Shown here in pieces: positions 9,651 to 18,938 of a stretch of 64,000 bases of DNA (position 1 is its first letter; each line of letters begins with the position of its first letter). The translations under genes and the position numbers were made by a program. This DNA is from a virus (lineage: Duplodnaviria > Caudoviricetes): the IMG/VR virus record IMGVR_UViG_3300035491_000281; one strand, given 5' to 3'. The notes under the pieces were generated by a model, which was given only the letters and a program-made list of their open reading frames with translations, made no database searches and had not been told where the DNA came from.

Positions 9651-9974
9651 ATGCGCCAGGTGTTAGTGATCGGCGGTACCGGAGTGGGATTAGTTGCAGC
9701 GCTACTGGCCTGCCTGCCCCATACCGAGGTTGTCCGGGGGGACAGCCTGAGCCGCCGTGATACCGATTCTGTCGCACTGGAGGTAGCCACCGAACTGGAC
9801 GCCTACGACCGCCGGTATGTGGCTGCGTTACGAACGTACGAGCTCCCCAAGGTGCGGGACTGGTACGTTTACATTAACCCCTCCGGTGCCTACGGACCCA
9901 CCGGAACCGAGCTGACTTCACTCCAGATGCTGGGTGTGGAGACAATTGCGACCCAAGGCTGCGGGCCTTGTTAG
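9651..9974 (+). CDS. Hypothetical protein
   Basis: RBS TAAGGA; N-terminal VLVIGGTGVG. Confidence 0.55.
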   Translation: MRQVLVIGGTGVGLVAALLACLPHTEVVRGDSLSRRDTDSVALEVATELDAYDRRYVAALRTYELPKVRDWYVYINPSGAYGPTGTELTSLQMLGVETIATQGCGPC

Positions 9975-9999
9975 TCGCCACGGTTCCGGATGAGTTCAT

Positions 10000-10221
10000 G
10001 TGAAACTTCATCGGCTAGAAGGAATTTTGATTACTGGACTAGCGCGAATGCTCGGCAGCGCTTTAGCTTTGGCCTTAAAGGTTGGCGGTTGGACCTACGC
10101 GGTCCCGATCATTCACCAACGTGAGTGGACGGACCTAACACCCCAGCGCGAACCCCTACCCGCCAAAGTTAATCCGAGCCCTAACATACCCGAAGCACAG
10201 GGACATTGGACCCTGGTTTAG
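10000..10221 (+). CDS. Small hypothetical protein
   Basis: Colinear ORF with GTG start. Confidence 0.45.
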   Translation: MKLHRLEGILITGLARMLGSALALALKVGGWTYAVPIIHQREWTDLTPQREPLPAKVNPSPNIPEAQGHWTLV

Positions 10222-10265
10222 CTTAGGTGGCTCCCTGCGTCTGTGATGAACGTAAAGCCCGACGA

Positions 10266-10411
10266 GGTGGGTTCGATTCCCACCACTGTGGTAACTACCA
10301 CACCCCACCGGACTGCCGGTGGCGCATCACCCCAGAGATGCCTCTCCCGACCTTCGCCGTTACCTCACTATGACTGACGAGTTATAGCGTACGGCAAGAC
10401 CATCGGGAGGG
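10266..10411 (+). ncRNA. Candidate structured RNA B (hairpin array with canonical T-loop)
   Basis: GGTGGG-TTCGATT-CCCACC; GTGGT/ACCAC; CCACCGG/CCGGTGG; GCATC/GATGC; nested CTCTCCCGA/TCGGGAGGG, GCCGT/ACGGC, CTATGACT/AGTTATAG. Confidence 0.5.
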
Positions 10412-10484
10412 GGCTCATTTATGCCCACAGACCTATTCGGAGAAACGCCCTTTCTCTCAATACGTTTACCCTAAGGATACGACG

Positions 10485-10757
10485 ATGTTTTGGCTTTGGC
10501 TCTATATGGGGTTCCAACTGCTGGTCTGGATCAGCTACCTAACGGTTGGGGCATACGAAGACTACGTGACCATGAAGGGGAGTCTGATGGCCAGTCGGCG
10601 AGGGTTGAATTACAACGGTCGGTTCAACCCCTTCTGGTTCGTGTTCATTCTCACCGCGGTCCCGTTTATCAACCTCCTGATCTTATTAGCGGTCGTGGCC
10701 ACCATTCCCGGTCTGGTGCGTCTCCACCTACGCAAAGGTAAACCCCATTATGTTTAA
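10485..10757 (+). CDS. Membrane protein
   Basis: Two hydrophobic segments; RBS TAAGGA. Confidence 0.65.
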   Translation: MFWLWLYMGFQLLVWISYLTVGAYEDYVTMKGSLMASRRGLNYNGRFNPFWFVFILTAVPFINLLILLAVVATIPGLVRLHLRKGKPHYV

Positions 10758-11247
10758 TCTGTACTGGTACCTCCCCACCACCCTAATTACCGTTGGGGCG
10801 TTTCTGTTCTACCAGTGGTACCGCGATCACCTGCGGGATAAACATGGTGTCAAAGGGCTACACCCGCTGCGGCAAGACCACTTGAATTACCGCTCCCGAC
10901 TGTTCTGGGTCTGTTTGGGGTTTTGTCTGATTCCACTGACGAACATCGTCCTCCTGGTCATGTACCTGTTCGATCTCTGGCATGTCGCAGTCTACCACGG
11001 TAAGTTGTGGACAAAGGTTAAGCACTTTGCCGAACGACTGGAGAAGAAAGTCCACATGGACCTCTACCATAGCGACCAGTGCTGCCCGCGCTGTAAGACC
11101 TGGCAGAGCAATTGTGGCGGCTGGGCCAAAGTGGAAATGGACCAGCCAGAACCCCACCACGACATTCTCACCTGCGGCAAGTGTGGAGAGCGTTCGGTGT
11201 TTCTGGATTTCGGCATGGGCTTTAAGTACATCGGCCCGGCCGGATAA
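10750..11247 (+). CDS. Membrane protein with C-terminal Zn ribbon
   Basis: Two TM segments, then CPRC...CGKC. Confidence 0.65.
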   Translation: MFNLYWYLPTTLITVGAFLFYQWYRDHLRDKHGVKGLHPLRQDHLNYRSRLFWVCLGFCLIPLTNIVLLVMYLFDLWHVAVYHGKLWTKVKHFAERLEKKVHMDLYHSDQCCPRCKTWQSNCGGWAKVEMDQPEPHHDILTCGKCGERSVFLDFGMGFKYIGPAG

Positions 11248-11289
11248 GCAGAGACTTTTACCTGAGTCGTTCTACTATAGGGCGACTTT

Positions 11290-11804
11290 GAGGTAAAAGG
11301 GGAGTCATCGTGTCACCGTCAACGTGCCCCATCCACTGTGACGTGTGTTTCGGCGAACACTGGTGCGGTGACTCCACCTATTGCCTTATCTTATAGCCTG
11401 GCTGTAGTTCAATCGGTTAGAACACCATGTGGTCCATTACTCCCCCGCCAAGTTCGGGATTGAGGATGGGGTGCTGCTGTGGAGGCTCTCGGATCGAAGC
11501 CGAGCGGCCGGGCCCATATTACCAGCTCGCGGATGTTGCATTTTGCCTGAGCGCCCATCTAGCGCTCCACGGATGGCGGGTTTCCCTCGTCGCCCTACAA
11601 GCCATCATCGGGGTCCGATACCCCCGCATCCGCCCTTTTATCCAATGTAGTGGCTGTCCCTAACTTACGGGTTCGGAACGGAAAGAAGCTACTGCGTTGG
11701 ACCCCTTTTGCTCCCCAGCGTCCACCCCAACGTCCTGCACAGACAACCAGAACACTGGGGAGCAAATTCATTTACGACCCACCCTTCGGGGTGGGTTTAT
11801 GCCG
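11290..11804 (+). ncRNA. Candidate structured RNA cluster C around a tRNA-like domain
   Basis: GGAGTCATCG/CGGTGACTCC domain, GCGGATG/CATCCGC domain, 12-bp TTTGCTCCCCAG/CTGGGGAGCAAA stem crossed by CGTTGG/CCAACG, terminal hairpin. Confidence 0.5.
11396..11516 (+). tRNA. Non-canonical tRNA-like cloverleaf with a 48-nt anticodon loop
   Basis: Acceptor GCCTGGCTG/CGGCCGGGC then CCA; T8A9; D arm GTTC-AATCGGTTA-GAAC; anticodon stem CCATG/TGTGG; variable AGGCT; T arm CTCGG-ATCGAAG-CCGAG. Confidence 0.6.
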
Positions 11805-11827
11805 TTCCCAACCTAAGAGGTACGTCC

Positions 11828-12028
11828 ATGTCCACCCTACCCAAAAAGATGCCGATGATGTTTCTCCCCCGGCAATACCCAGTGGTGATGCATCCCGATC
11901 CTGCCATGCCGCTGGAGTTCACCTTGGGCTGCGCCTTGGCCAATGTCCTGGACGTGCAGGTCAGTCAGAAGAAGCTGAATGCGATCGTCGCCTTGCTGAA
12001 ACAACAAGGTATCGTACTAGCGCTGTAA
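11828..12028 (+). CDS. Small hypothetical protein
   Basis: RBS AAGAGG before ATG 11828; longer ORF calls extend into the structured region. Confidence 0.55.
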   Translation: MSTLPKKMPMMFLPRQYPVVMHPDPAMPLEFTLGCALANVLDVQVSQKKLNAIVALLKQQGIVLAL

Positions 12029-12045
12029 TGAACGCGATTTGACAT

Positions 12046-12054
12046 CTATATAAC
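12046..12054 (+). promoter_or_regulatory. Putative phage early promoter core (CTATATAAC, upstream GATTTG)
   Basis: Same core at 39106-39114, also with upstream GATTT. Confidence 0.55.
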
Positions 12055-12111
12055 TCCGGTGAGGTATCCCACCTCACCCTTTCCATCCGCTAAGCAGAGG
12101 AATCGCTAAGC

Positions 12112-12444
12112 ATGAATCACCGTACCCGTCTTTACCCCATCAATCCCGATGTTCGCGTTTGGTTCAGCGATCTACGCAACGAACAGAGCAAAGGCAGCCT
12201 GGGGATCTCGGTTCTCCCGAACGATCGCCGGGTGGTGGTGTTCTTCAACACCCCCAACCAGTTCTTTGCGGACGATCCCAACCACACCTTTCAGGACCGG
12301 CTGGCGTTTGAGCGTAAGCTGAAGGAAGTCGCGGCTGAGTATTGGCAGCAACGCAATCCTGAAGAACGCATCCTGGTGCGTCGTATCAACTACAGCATGC
12401 GTTACCGCAAACTGATCGAGCGCGCTCGGGGGGCTCTAGCATGA
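12112..12444 (+). CDS. Hypothetical protein
   Basis: RBS GAGGA; colinear. Confidence 0.65.
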   Translation: MNHRTRLYPINPDVRVWFSDLRNEQSKGSLGISVLPNDRRVVVFFNTPNQFFADDPNHTFQDRLAFERKLKEVAAEYWQQRNPEERILVRRINYSMRYRKLIERARGALA

Positions 12445-12968
12445 ACGTGATTAAACTCGAAGCCGGTACCTACGTCCATGGGCTTGGCATGGTGCAACTG
12501 CCGAAGTACCTGAACTACAGCGAGCGTCTCAATGCGTGGGTGATCACCCGTCGCCCGCAGTTCACCGCCAAGCGCTATATCTTCCCAGTGCGTGACTACG
12601 TTGACGTTCGCTACGCCATGATGGCAGCGCTACGGGAACTGGAGCGTTGCTGCCCGGAGCTTCGCAGCCGTCGCCGGCTTAACTCGGTTGAGCGCAGCGA
12701 CAAGCTGGTTCCTACAGAAGTGGTGGGGGTAATGTACCGGGAACGGGAGCGCAAAGGAGTCAGGACCACCGAGCACGTTTTCTATGTGGCTCATCCGCTG
12801 ACCCACAAGATCACGGCGGTATACATCGGTACCGACAACACCTACCTGGACAACTGGGACCGGGCCTTTGATAAAGCCCGTAAGCTGCGCGAGCAGTTTG
12901 AACGCGAATACAATATCGATGCTTACTGGAAGGGTCTGGACGCCCAACCGGTTAACGACGCCGCATAA
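12441..12968 (+). CDS. Basic protein, possible AP2-like DNA-binding domain
   Basis: VGV...VYIG...AFDKARKLR pattern; weak resemblance. Confidence 0.45.
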   Translation: MNVIKLEAGTYVHGLGMVQLPKYLNYSERLNAWVITRRPQFTAKRYIFPVRDYVDVRYAMMAALRELERCCPELRSRRRLNSVERSDKLVPTEVVGVMYRERERKGVRTTEHVFYVAHPLTHKITAVYIGTDNTYLDNWDRAFDKARKLREQFEREYNIDAYWKGLDAQPVNDAA

Positions 12969-13000
12969 ACCACAACCCAAAAAATGAAGTCGAGGTTTTC

Positions 13001-13468
13001 ATGAGCCCTTTCAAAAGCCAAACCGTTCCGCTGGCCAACCTGACTGACGGCCAGATCGTCAACAAGTATCAGATTCAAGCCGACGTTAGTCGACTGGTCG
13101 AGGCGCTGTATCAGATCGACGCCAAGGTTGCTGACCAGCTAAAAGAAGCGGGTGCTTATACGGCATTTATGCGGGTACTGCTGAATTCACCGACACCTGA
13201 AGAAGGCCTTGTGTATGCTCGTCCTGGTAGCACACCGCGATTCCAGGGCGGTTTTGCGCCCGCGGGTAACATCTTCGGGTTCGGTGGTGAAACCAGCATC
13301 GGTATCCTCCCCCACGGTAGTGACGAGGTACTGGTGATCAGTTATAACCCTCACGCCACAGGGGTGTATAACAACCCCAGTTTGACCCAGATGTACACTT
13401 CTGTAATCGATGAGTTCTGTGCCTTGGCGCTGACTCCGGTTAACCCGCGAGGTCGCGGTTTCCTCTAA
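13001..13468 (+). CDS. Hypothetical protein
   Basis: RBS GAGG; followed by terminator. Confidence 0.65.
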   Translation: MSPFKSQTVPLANLTDGQIVNKYQIQADVSRLVEALYQIDAKVADQLKEAGAYTAFMRVLLNSPTPEEGLVYARPGSTPRFQGGFAPAGNIFGFGGETSIGILPHGSDEVLVISYNPHATGVYNNPSLTQMYTSVIDEFCALALTPVNPRGRGFL

Positions 13469-13475
13469 GGTGCCG

Positions 13476-13520
13476 GCCCAGACCCTTCGGGGTCTGGGCT
13501 TATGCCGGTTCTTTTTTTTT
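13476..13520 (+). terminator. GC hairpin with TATGCCG tail and T tract
   Basis: GCCCAGACCC-TTCG-GGGTCTGGGC-TTATGCCG, then a T run. Confidence 0.8.
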
Positions 13521-13604
13521 CTTGTCTCTCAAGCACCCGGTGAAAAAATCAGCACATTACTATGAGCTTAGAATCCAACAAACACCGTTACAGGAGTGCT
13601 TGAA

Positions 13605-14036
13605 ATGCGTTTTGCCATCGACTGCGAATTCAATGGAATGAACGGCGGCCTGATCTCCATGGCCTTGGTCAGTGAGGACGGCCAGCGGGAGTTCTACGAG
13701 GTTGTTGAGTGCAATGAAGCCCTCGACCCTTGGGTTAAGGAAAACGTGATGCCGATTCTGGAAAAGGAAGCGATCAGCTACCCCGAGTTCCAGCGGCGAC
13801 TTAAGAAGTTCCTCAGTCAGTTCCCGGCTGTGCACATCATGGCCGACTACCCCGACGACATCAAGCACTTTTGCAATGCCGTGATTGTCGGCGCTGGCGA
13901 GTGGATGGACATCCAACCTCTGACGATGGAGGTGGACGATAACCTCTCCGCCAAAGCGTCCAAAGTGTTGCATAACGCCCTCCACGATGCCCGTGCCATC
14001 CGCGATAGCTGGCTCAAAAATAACGGCTACGACTAA
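13605..14036 (+). CDS. DEDDh 3'-5' exo(ribo)nuclease
   Basis: IDCEF (Exo I), DYPDD, HNALHDA (Exo III). Confidence 0.8.
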   Translation: MRFAIDCEFNGMNGGLISMALVSEDGQREFYEVVECNEALDPWVKENVMPILEKEAISYPEFQRRLKKFLSQFPAVHIMADYPDDIKHFCNAVIVGAGEWMDIQPLTMEVDDNLSAKASKVLHNALHDARAIRDSWLKNNGYD

Positions 14037-14054
14037 CACGATGGGACTAATCAC

Positions 14055-14747
14055 GTGAACCACCCCAAACAGCAACTCTCGCCTTTGCAGTTGATCGAGA
14101 GTCGGCCGACCCGAAAGAGTCGCTCCGAATCCCTCTTAAGGCTGCTGATATCCACCAGTTACCCCCATGGTTACTTGAGTAACCTGGTTATGGACATGGT
14201 TAAGGGGTACCAGATGTTGACGCACGAGGAGCTGGAAGACCTCGCTGCGGAACTACGCGACCGTGAACGGGCAATGGGGATCTTCGATTTCATTCGTTGT
14301 ATTGAAATCAAACGTCAGGGCACCCAACTGTCGGTGACCGGAAAAACCCTGAAGATCGAGGGGGAGCTCAAGGCCATTCGCGACACGGTCAAACACCACG
14401 AACCCAGCCTGCCGTCCGACATCGTCCTGCCCGAGGCTGACCTACCGTTGTCCAGCGCCAGCGCCTTGGCACGGAGTCTGGCGGAAGGGTTTTATCGGAC
14501 GCAAGTGGGGGGTACGCAGAAACAAACCGATCTACGTGGCTCGGAATGGATATGCCGGCACATGGGACCGGCGCCGACTGAAGCCGGGCAGAAACGGATT
14601 TACCGGGACGAGGCCGTGACCTTCGAGGTGGCAGTTGAGATCATCCAGCGCAGTCTGGAAAAACCCGAACACCATTTGATCCTTACGCAGAACACCATTC
14701 TGTTGATGGACCAGTCAGTACGGTTGTGGAACCCGGAAGTACGGTAA
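14055..14747 (+). CDS. Hypothetical protein
   Basis: 230-aa colinear ORF. Confidence 0.6.
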   Translation: MNHPKQQLSPLQLIESRPTRKSRSESLLRLLISTSYPHGYLSNLVMDMVKGYQMLTHEELEDLAAELRDRERAMGIFDFIRCIEIKRQGTQLSVTGKTLKIEGELKAIRDTVKHHEPSLPSDIVLPEADLPLSSASALARSLAEGFYRTQVGGTQKQTDLRGSEWICRHMGPAPTEAGQKRIYRDEAVTFEVAVEIIQRSLEKPEHHLILTQNTILLMDQSVRLWNPEVR

Positions 14748-14786
14748 GGCATAGCGCCCCTCCCATTGCGGGAGGGGCCTATACCG
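14748..14786. terminator. Bidirectional hairpin between convergent genes
   Basis: GGCATAG-GCCCCTCCC/GGGAGGGGC-CTATACCG. Confidence 0.7.
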
Positions 14787-14787
14787 C

Positions 14788-16305
14788 TTAGGGGGTTTCG
14801 TTGCTGAAGTAGTCTCTTAGTTGCTTTACCACGGCGGCTGAGTCAGGACGGTGAACCAACCCGAGATGGGGTTTTATCTGTGCCACTTGGGTCAGTAGTT
14901 CCTGCACTGCCCGGCGTGGATTGGAGATCTCCGGTGCCAACTGAGCCACCACGTCGGCCAACGACTGCACCCCTGTCAGGTCCGGTTGAAAACGTCGAAT
15001 CAGTAACTCAGAGCTGTACTGAAACGGCGAGGTGATTTCCCCGATCAGACGGTCATTGTCGTTGACGATTACCCCAGCAGCATCATCGAGGATAAGCTGT
15101 GTACCATCGGCTTCGGTATACTGGATCTGACCTACGGTTTGGCTACCCCGTTTAAGCACCCCGGTGAGTGTACCCAGACCACTACCGCGAATCAACAGCC
15201 GAGGCTGGTAGCGGTTTTCCAAGCCAATGTTCACTTCGGTAATTTCCACATCACCAGCCGTGGTAAAGCTGACGATGTCCCCGGTGGCTACCACATAGAT
15301 GAAACGGTAGGTCTCCACTCGCCCATCGGTGAGCTCGACCAGAATGTTGATGCTGTTGTTACCGGGTTCGGTAACTACTACCGGTTCGAATTGAGCCGGG
15401 GCCTTCTGCGGGTATGTAGTCACGAAGACTCTACTTTCTGAGCCGCCCGCGTAGATGCTATCGGTGTCGGCCAATCCGTTATACAGCGGGTGGTCACCAT
15501 ACGTCGAACGCAAAAACCCAACATTAACTGGGGTGCGGTCGACGTTACCCGAGAACCAGGCACCGAAGTTCACCATCACCTTGTTGGCGGCGTTAAAAAA
15601 GGTATTGCTGTAGTTACCCACTGCGGCCGCTTCGACACTGGCTATGTCAGTCCCATGATCGGTGATAAAGATAATACCGCTGCCATTAGCACGATACGTC
15701 ACCAAATCAGTTACTGCTGAAGGTGTAATAGCGGCCACGCCATCGGAGCGGGTGGACATGAAGATCACACCGGCGTATTGCTCCAACTCAGCGAGTGTAC
15801 AGTTGATATTTCCACCCCAGTCACTAGCATCCTTATACGTCGCTTGCCAGTTACCTACCTGCATCACCTTTTGGAAGGTAGTGTAGAAGCTACTGGTTGC
15901 CGTACTCTTGATCCAATAAGGGTCTTCGGTCTTGTCACCCATGACCAGTATCTTACGGTTACCGTCGGCCACCTTCGCGGGGTTAGCGATGAAATTCAGA
16001 GCGTTGTAAAGGAACTTGTTGGCGGGGTTGAGTTGGGCGAAAGTGGTAGCGCCTGGATCGGCCCCATTGTTGTTATAGAACTTAGGGAAACCACCATCAT
16101 ACACTACGTTACCTTTACCGTCCTGCGTGACCGCCAAAAATGGATTCGGCGGAGTCAGGGTATCGTAGGCAATGTATTTAGATAGCGCCGGCGGGACGCC
16201 ATTGACCGTAAAGGCCACATTCGCCACCGTCGGGTCAAACGCAAAATTGACCGTCACGCCCTCCAGGTAATAGCCGGGCGCCTGATCGGGTGTTACATAA
16301 CTCAT
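14788..16305 (-). CDS. Putative virion/tail-associated protein
   Basis: About 505 aa, beta-rich; GNVVYDGGFPKFYN segment recalled from jumbo-phage tail-associated proteins. Confidence 0.5.
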   Translation of the reverse strand: MSYVTPDQAPGYYLEGVTVNFAFDPTVANVAFTVNGVPPALSKYIAYDTLTPPNPFLAVTQDGKGNVVYDGGFPKFYNNNGADPGATTFAQLNPANKFLYNALNFIANPAKVADGNRKILVMGDKTEDPYWIKSTATSSFYTTFQKVMQVGNWQATYKDASDWGGNINCTLAELEQYAGVIFMSTRSDGVAAITPSAVTDLVTYRANGSGIIFITDHGTDIASVEAAAVGNYSNTFFNAANKVMVNFGAWFSGNVDRTPVNVGFLRSTYGDHPLYNGLADTDSIYAGGSESRVFVTTYPQKAPAQFEPVVVTEPGNNSINILVELTDGRVETYRFIYVVATGDIVSFTTAGDVEITEVNIGLENRYQPRLLIRGSGLGTLTGVLKRGSQTVGQIQYTEADGTQLILDDAAGVIVNDNDRLIGEITSPFQYSSELLIRRFQPDLTGVQSLADVVAQLAPEISNPRRAVQELLTQVAQIKPHLGLVHRPDSAAVVKQLRDYFSNETP

Positions 16306-16334
16306 GGTGCGCACCCTCATCCGTAATGGTATCG

Positions 16335-16706
16335 TTACGCCGCCGGCAAGCGCTCGGGCTTCATGATCTTGACCTTGAGTTCCAGCGGATCGGCTGAGAA
16401 GTTATGGATTTTAACCATCCCAGCCGTACTCACCCCTATCGTTACCAAGGCTTCGGCGTTGACGTAAAAGCCGTGGGTTGGGGAGGTGGTATCGGTGTCC
16501 TTGACTCGAACCAACACCGAAACCCCCAAGGCGTCGAAACCGGAGACATCCTCACCCAGTAGGGTGCCGAGGTCGTAACTGAGTGCCGTATCGGCGGCGA
16601 GGGTGGTGACCTCGCTAACTAGAGGGTCACTAACGTCACCCAACAGGTTGTTGAGCTTATCGACAAAAGCGTCGAGCTGTTGTTTGAATCTCGCATATCC
16701 GGACAT
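16335..16706 (-). CDS. Small putative virion structural protein
   Basis: Cotranscribed with the previous gene; resembles small phiKZ-like tail proteins. Confidence 0.45.
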   Translation of the reverse strand: MSGYARFKQQLDAFVDKLNNLLGDVSDPLVSEVTTLAADTALSYDLGTLLGEDVSGFDALGVSVLVRVKDTDTTSPTHGFYVNAEALVTIGVSTAGMVKIHNFSADPLELKVKIMKPERLPAA

Positions 16707-16758
16707 GACGGTTTACCTTTACTTAGGGAGGGGCACTTCGCACGCCCCTGAAGAATGT

Positions 16759-18891
16759 TTACCACTGTAGGTAGCTAGGGGTGGTCGTTACGACATGCGG
16801 AAGTGTAAAATCCTCCGCTGCAACAGTCAGACCATACGGCGCCAATGCAGTACTCAGGCTTTGCTTGGTCAACTCCAGATCATCATAACTCTCAACACCC
16901 TCGGTCAGTTCGAACGGCGCTTTAAAGCCCATAATCGCTGCCACCTGTTCCTGACTCCAGGCCAGGATATCCACCGAACGGGTCGAGATATTGATGTCAT
17001 TGCCGGTATCCAGCCGGACCTGATAGACCACCACCTGCGTGTCCGCCCCCAAGCGGTGTATCCGGCTGATTGCCTGTTCATGAATGTACGCCCGGTACGG
17101 GGCGTCCAACATGATCATGGTATCCGCCATCACCAACGGGACCGCGGTGGAGAGCGACTTGTAGGTGGCCAGTAGCGGGTTGAGGTCCTCGTTGGTCTCG
17201 AACTCGCGAATGATCCCGGCCAACTCGTTGTTGGTTTTCCCATACACCGCCAGCGGGTTGAAACCCTCGGCGGTGAGCCGACCATGCATGGTTTCCAGGG
17301 CCTCTACAAAGGAGGTAAAGACCACCGTCTTCTTGGTGGTGGAATCACACACCCCGCGGAAATCCACGTATGGTACCATCGCCACATGGCACTCGATCCG
17401 CTTGCGCCCCAATACACGCCCCAGGGCCTCGCCTTGGATCTTCAGATGGACATACTTGATGATCGAACGGATGTCCTTGAACTGCTGCGCGTGCCAGCTG
17501 GGGAGGCTAGGGATCAAGGTCTGGAGTTCGTAGCGGTTGACCCGCTTGATTTCCTCCGCGACAAACCGGGGATCGCCGGACTTGATCACGCGCTGCAGGT
17601 CCGTGTGGTAATCGGCAAACGCGGCTTTTTGGGCGCCCGACTTAAGACCATCCCGGTGTAGGTCCATGCATTCGTTGAACAACCGCTCGTCATCCTTGCG
17701 CCGTGCTTTGTAGTACTTGGCCCGCTCTTCGATAAAGGCTTTCATGTCCCGACGGATGGCAGTCAGGGTAAAGTCCTTACCGTTAGGGATGGTGACCACC
17801 ATTTCCTTGAAGATCGGTTCACTGAGCTTGACTTCCTTCTTCTCAACCTTAAAAGACACCAACCCCAACCGATGCCGCAAGATGTCCACGCCCTTATTAC
17901 CATCGCGCCCGAAGATCTTGCGGAAACGCTGCTCGACGTCGTCGGTGAAGTAAGGGTCGATGGTACGCAGTAATGGGATCGACTCCGCCCCCAGCGCCTT
18001 GATCGGGGTGCCCGAGGCCCAGATAGTGTTCTGCGACTCCAGTCGGTCACAAAGCTCGATGAACCGCTGACTCCGTAGAGAAGACGACTCGTTGAGGTTA
18101 TGGGATTCGTCGAGGATCACGCACACCCGCTCGCCCTTGAGCTGATCGACAATCTGGAGGGCAAGATCCAGAAGTTCGTAATGGAAAATCGCCACCCGCT
18201 CACCGGCGTAGGGTTTTCCCGACATGGCAAGCCAATAAGTCGGCGGGTCACGAAACAGGGAGGTCATGGCAGCCTCCCAGACGCGTTGTACGGCGTTCTT
18301 CGGGCAGACCACGACCACACGGTCCGCTTCCAGACATTCGGCCACGGTGAGGCTAGTATAGGTCTTCCCAGAGCCCGCAGCGGCAGCCAACAGGTTCCCC
18401 TTAAGGTTATAGCGGTCCAGGTTGGCGCTGTAGGCTTTCAGGTAGTTTTCCTGATAGTCCAACGGGGTCAGCGTCATCTTCTTCAGGTGATTGAAGTTCA
18501 AACGTTGGCCGGCCGGTCCTTGGGTTTGTTTCAGCCAGGTGTGTTCGAGCAACAACTCCTTGATCTTGGTCAGGGTACGGATGTTGGTGTACCTCGACCG
18601 GTGGGTGGTCATGGTCTCCAGCATGTACATGACATCGGGGGCGAAAAACAACGGGAAGGCCAATTGGTTACGCCCTAATGTAGTAAACATGTGCTGGTTG
18701 ATTCGGCTGGTTTTCCAAATCTTGGCGATGTCGCGTGCCATGACGTCGGCTGGAATGCCGGAGATCACAATTTCTTTGGGGGTCTGGACAACCTTGATAT
18801 TGCCGAGTAGACGGCGGACGGAGGCAAACATGAGAAATCCACTGGCTGTATATAAGGAAGGGTTAGGATCATAAAATTGGATCGCAGCCAC
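16759..18891 (-). CDS. SF2 (SNF2/DEAD-like) helicase
   Basis: AAAGSGKT, ILDESHN, WASGTP, STAVPL...D, QAISRIHRLG. Confidence 0.9.
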   Translation of the reverse strand: MAAIQFYDPNPSLYTASGFLMFASVRRLLGNIKVVQTPKEIVISGIPADVMARDIAKIWKTSRINQHMFTTLGRNQLAFPLFFAPDVMYMLETMTTHRSRYTNIRTLTKIKELLLEHTWLKQTQGPAGQRLNFNHLKKMTLTPLDYQENYLKAYSANLDRYNLKGNLLAAAAGSGKTYTSLTVAECLEADRVVVVCPKNAVQRVWEAAMTSLFRDPPTYWLAMSGKPYAGERVAIFHYELLDLALQIVDQLKGERVCVILDESHNLNESSSLRSQRFIELCDRLESQNTIWASGTPIKALGAESIPLLRTIDPYFTDDVEQRFRKIFGRDGNKGVDILRHRLGLVSFKVEKKEVKLSEPIFKEMVVTIPNGKDFTLTAIRRDMKAFIEERAKYYKARRKDDERLFNECMDLHRDGLKSGAQKAAFADYHTDLQRVIKSGDPRFVAEEIKRVNRYELQTLIPSLPSWHAQQFKDIRSIIKYVHLKIQGEALGRVLGRKRIECHVAMVPYVDFRGVCDSTTKKTVVFTSFVEALETMHGRLTAEGFNPLAVYGKTNNELAGIIREFETNEDLNPLLATYKSLSTAVPLVMADTMIMLDAPYRAYIHEQAISRIHRLGADTQVVVYQVRLDTGNDINISTRSVDILAWSQEQVAAIMGFKAPFELTEGVESYDDLELTKQSLSTALAPYGLTVAAEDFTLPHVVTTTPSYLQW

Positions 18892-18938
18892 TTTGAAAAT
18901 TATATCATGCAGTTGAGTACCGCTTCTGTTGTATCCTA

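Noticed and set aside
9651-9974. NAD(P)-binding oxidoreductase suggested by VLVIGGTGVG
   Set aside because: Only 107 aa with no further Rossmann elements recognisable; left as hypothetical
10266-10300. Standard tRNA or tmRNA 3' end suggested by GGTTCGATTCC
   Set aside because: No complementary acceptor 5' strand, D arm, G3:U70 pair or CCA can be built; kept only as part of candidate RNA B
10372-10400. Hammerhead ribozyme suggested by CTGACGAG
   Set aside because: No GAAA(C) partner at the right spacing, and the motif lies across an ordinary hairpin loop
11427-12042. ORFs 11427-11663, 11429-11650 and 11650-12042
   Set aside because: No RBS, low-complexity translations, and overlap with extensive base-paired structure; only 11828-12028 has an RBS
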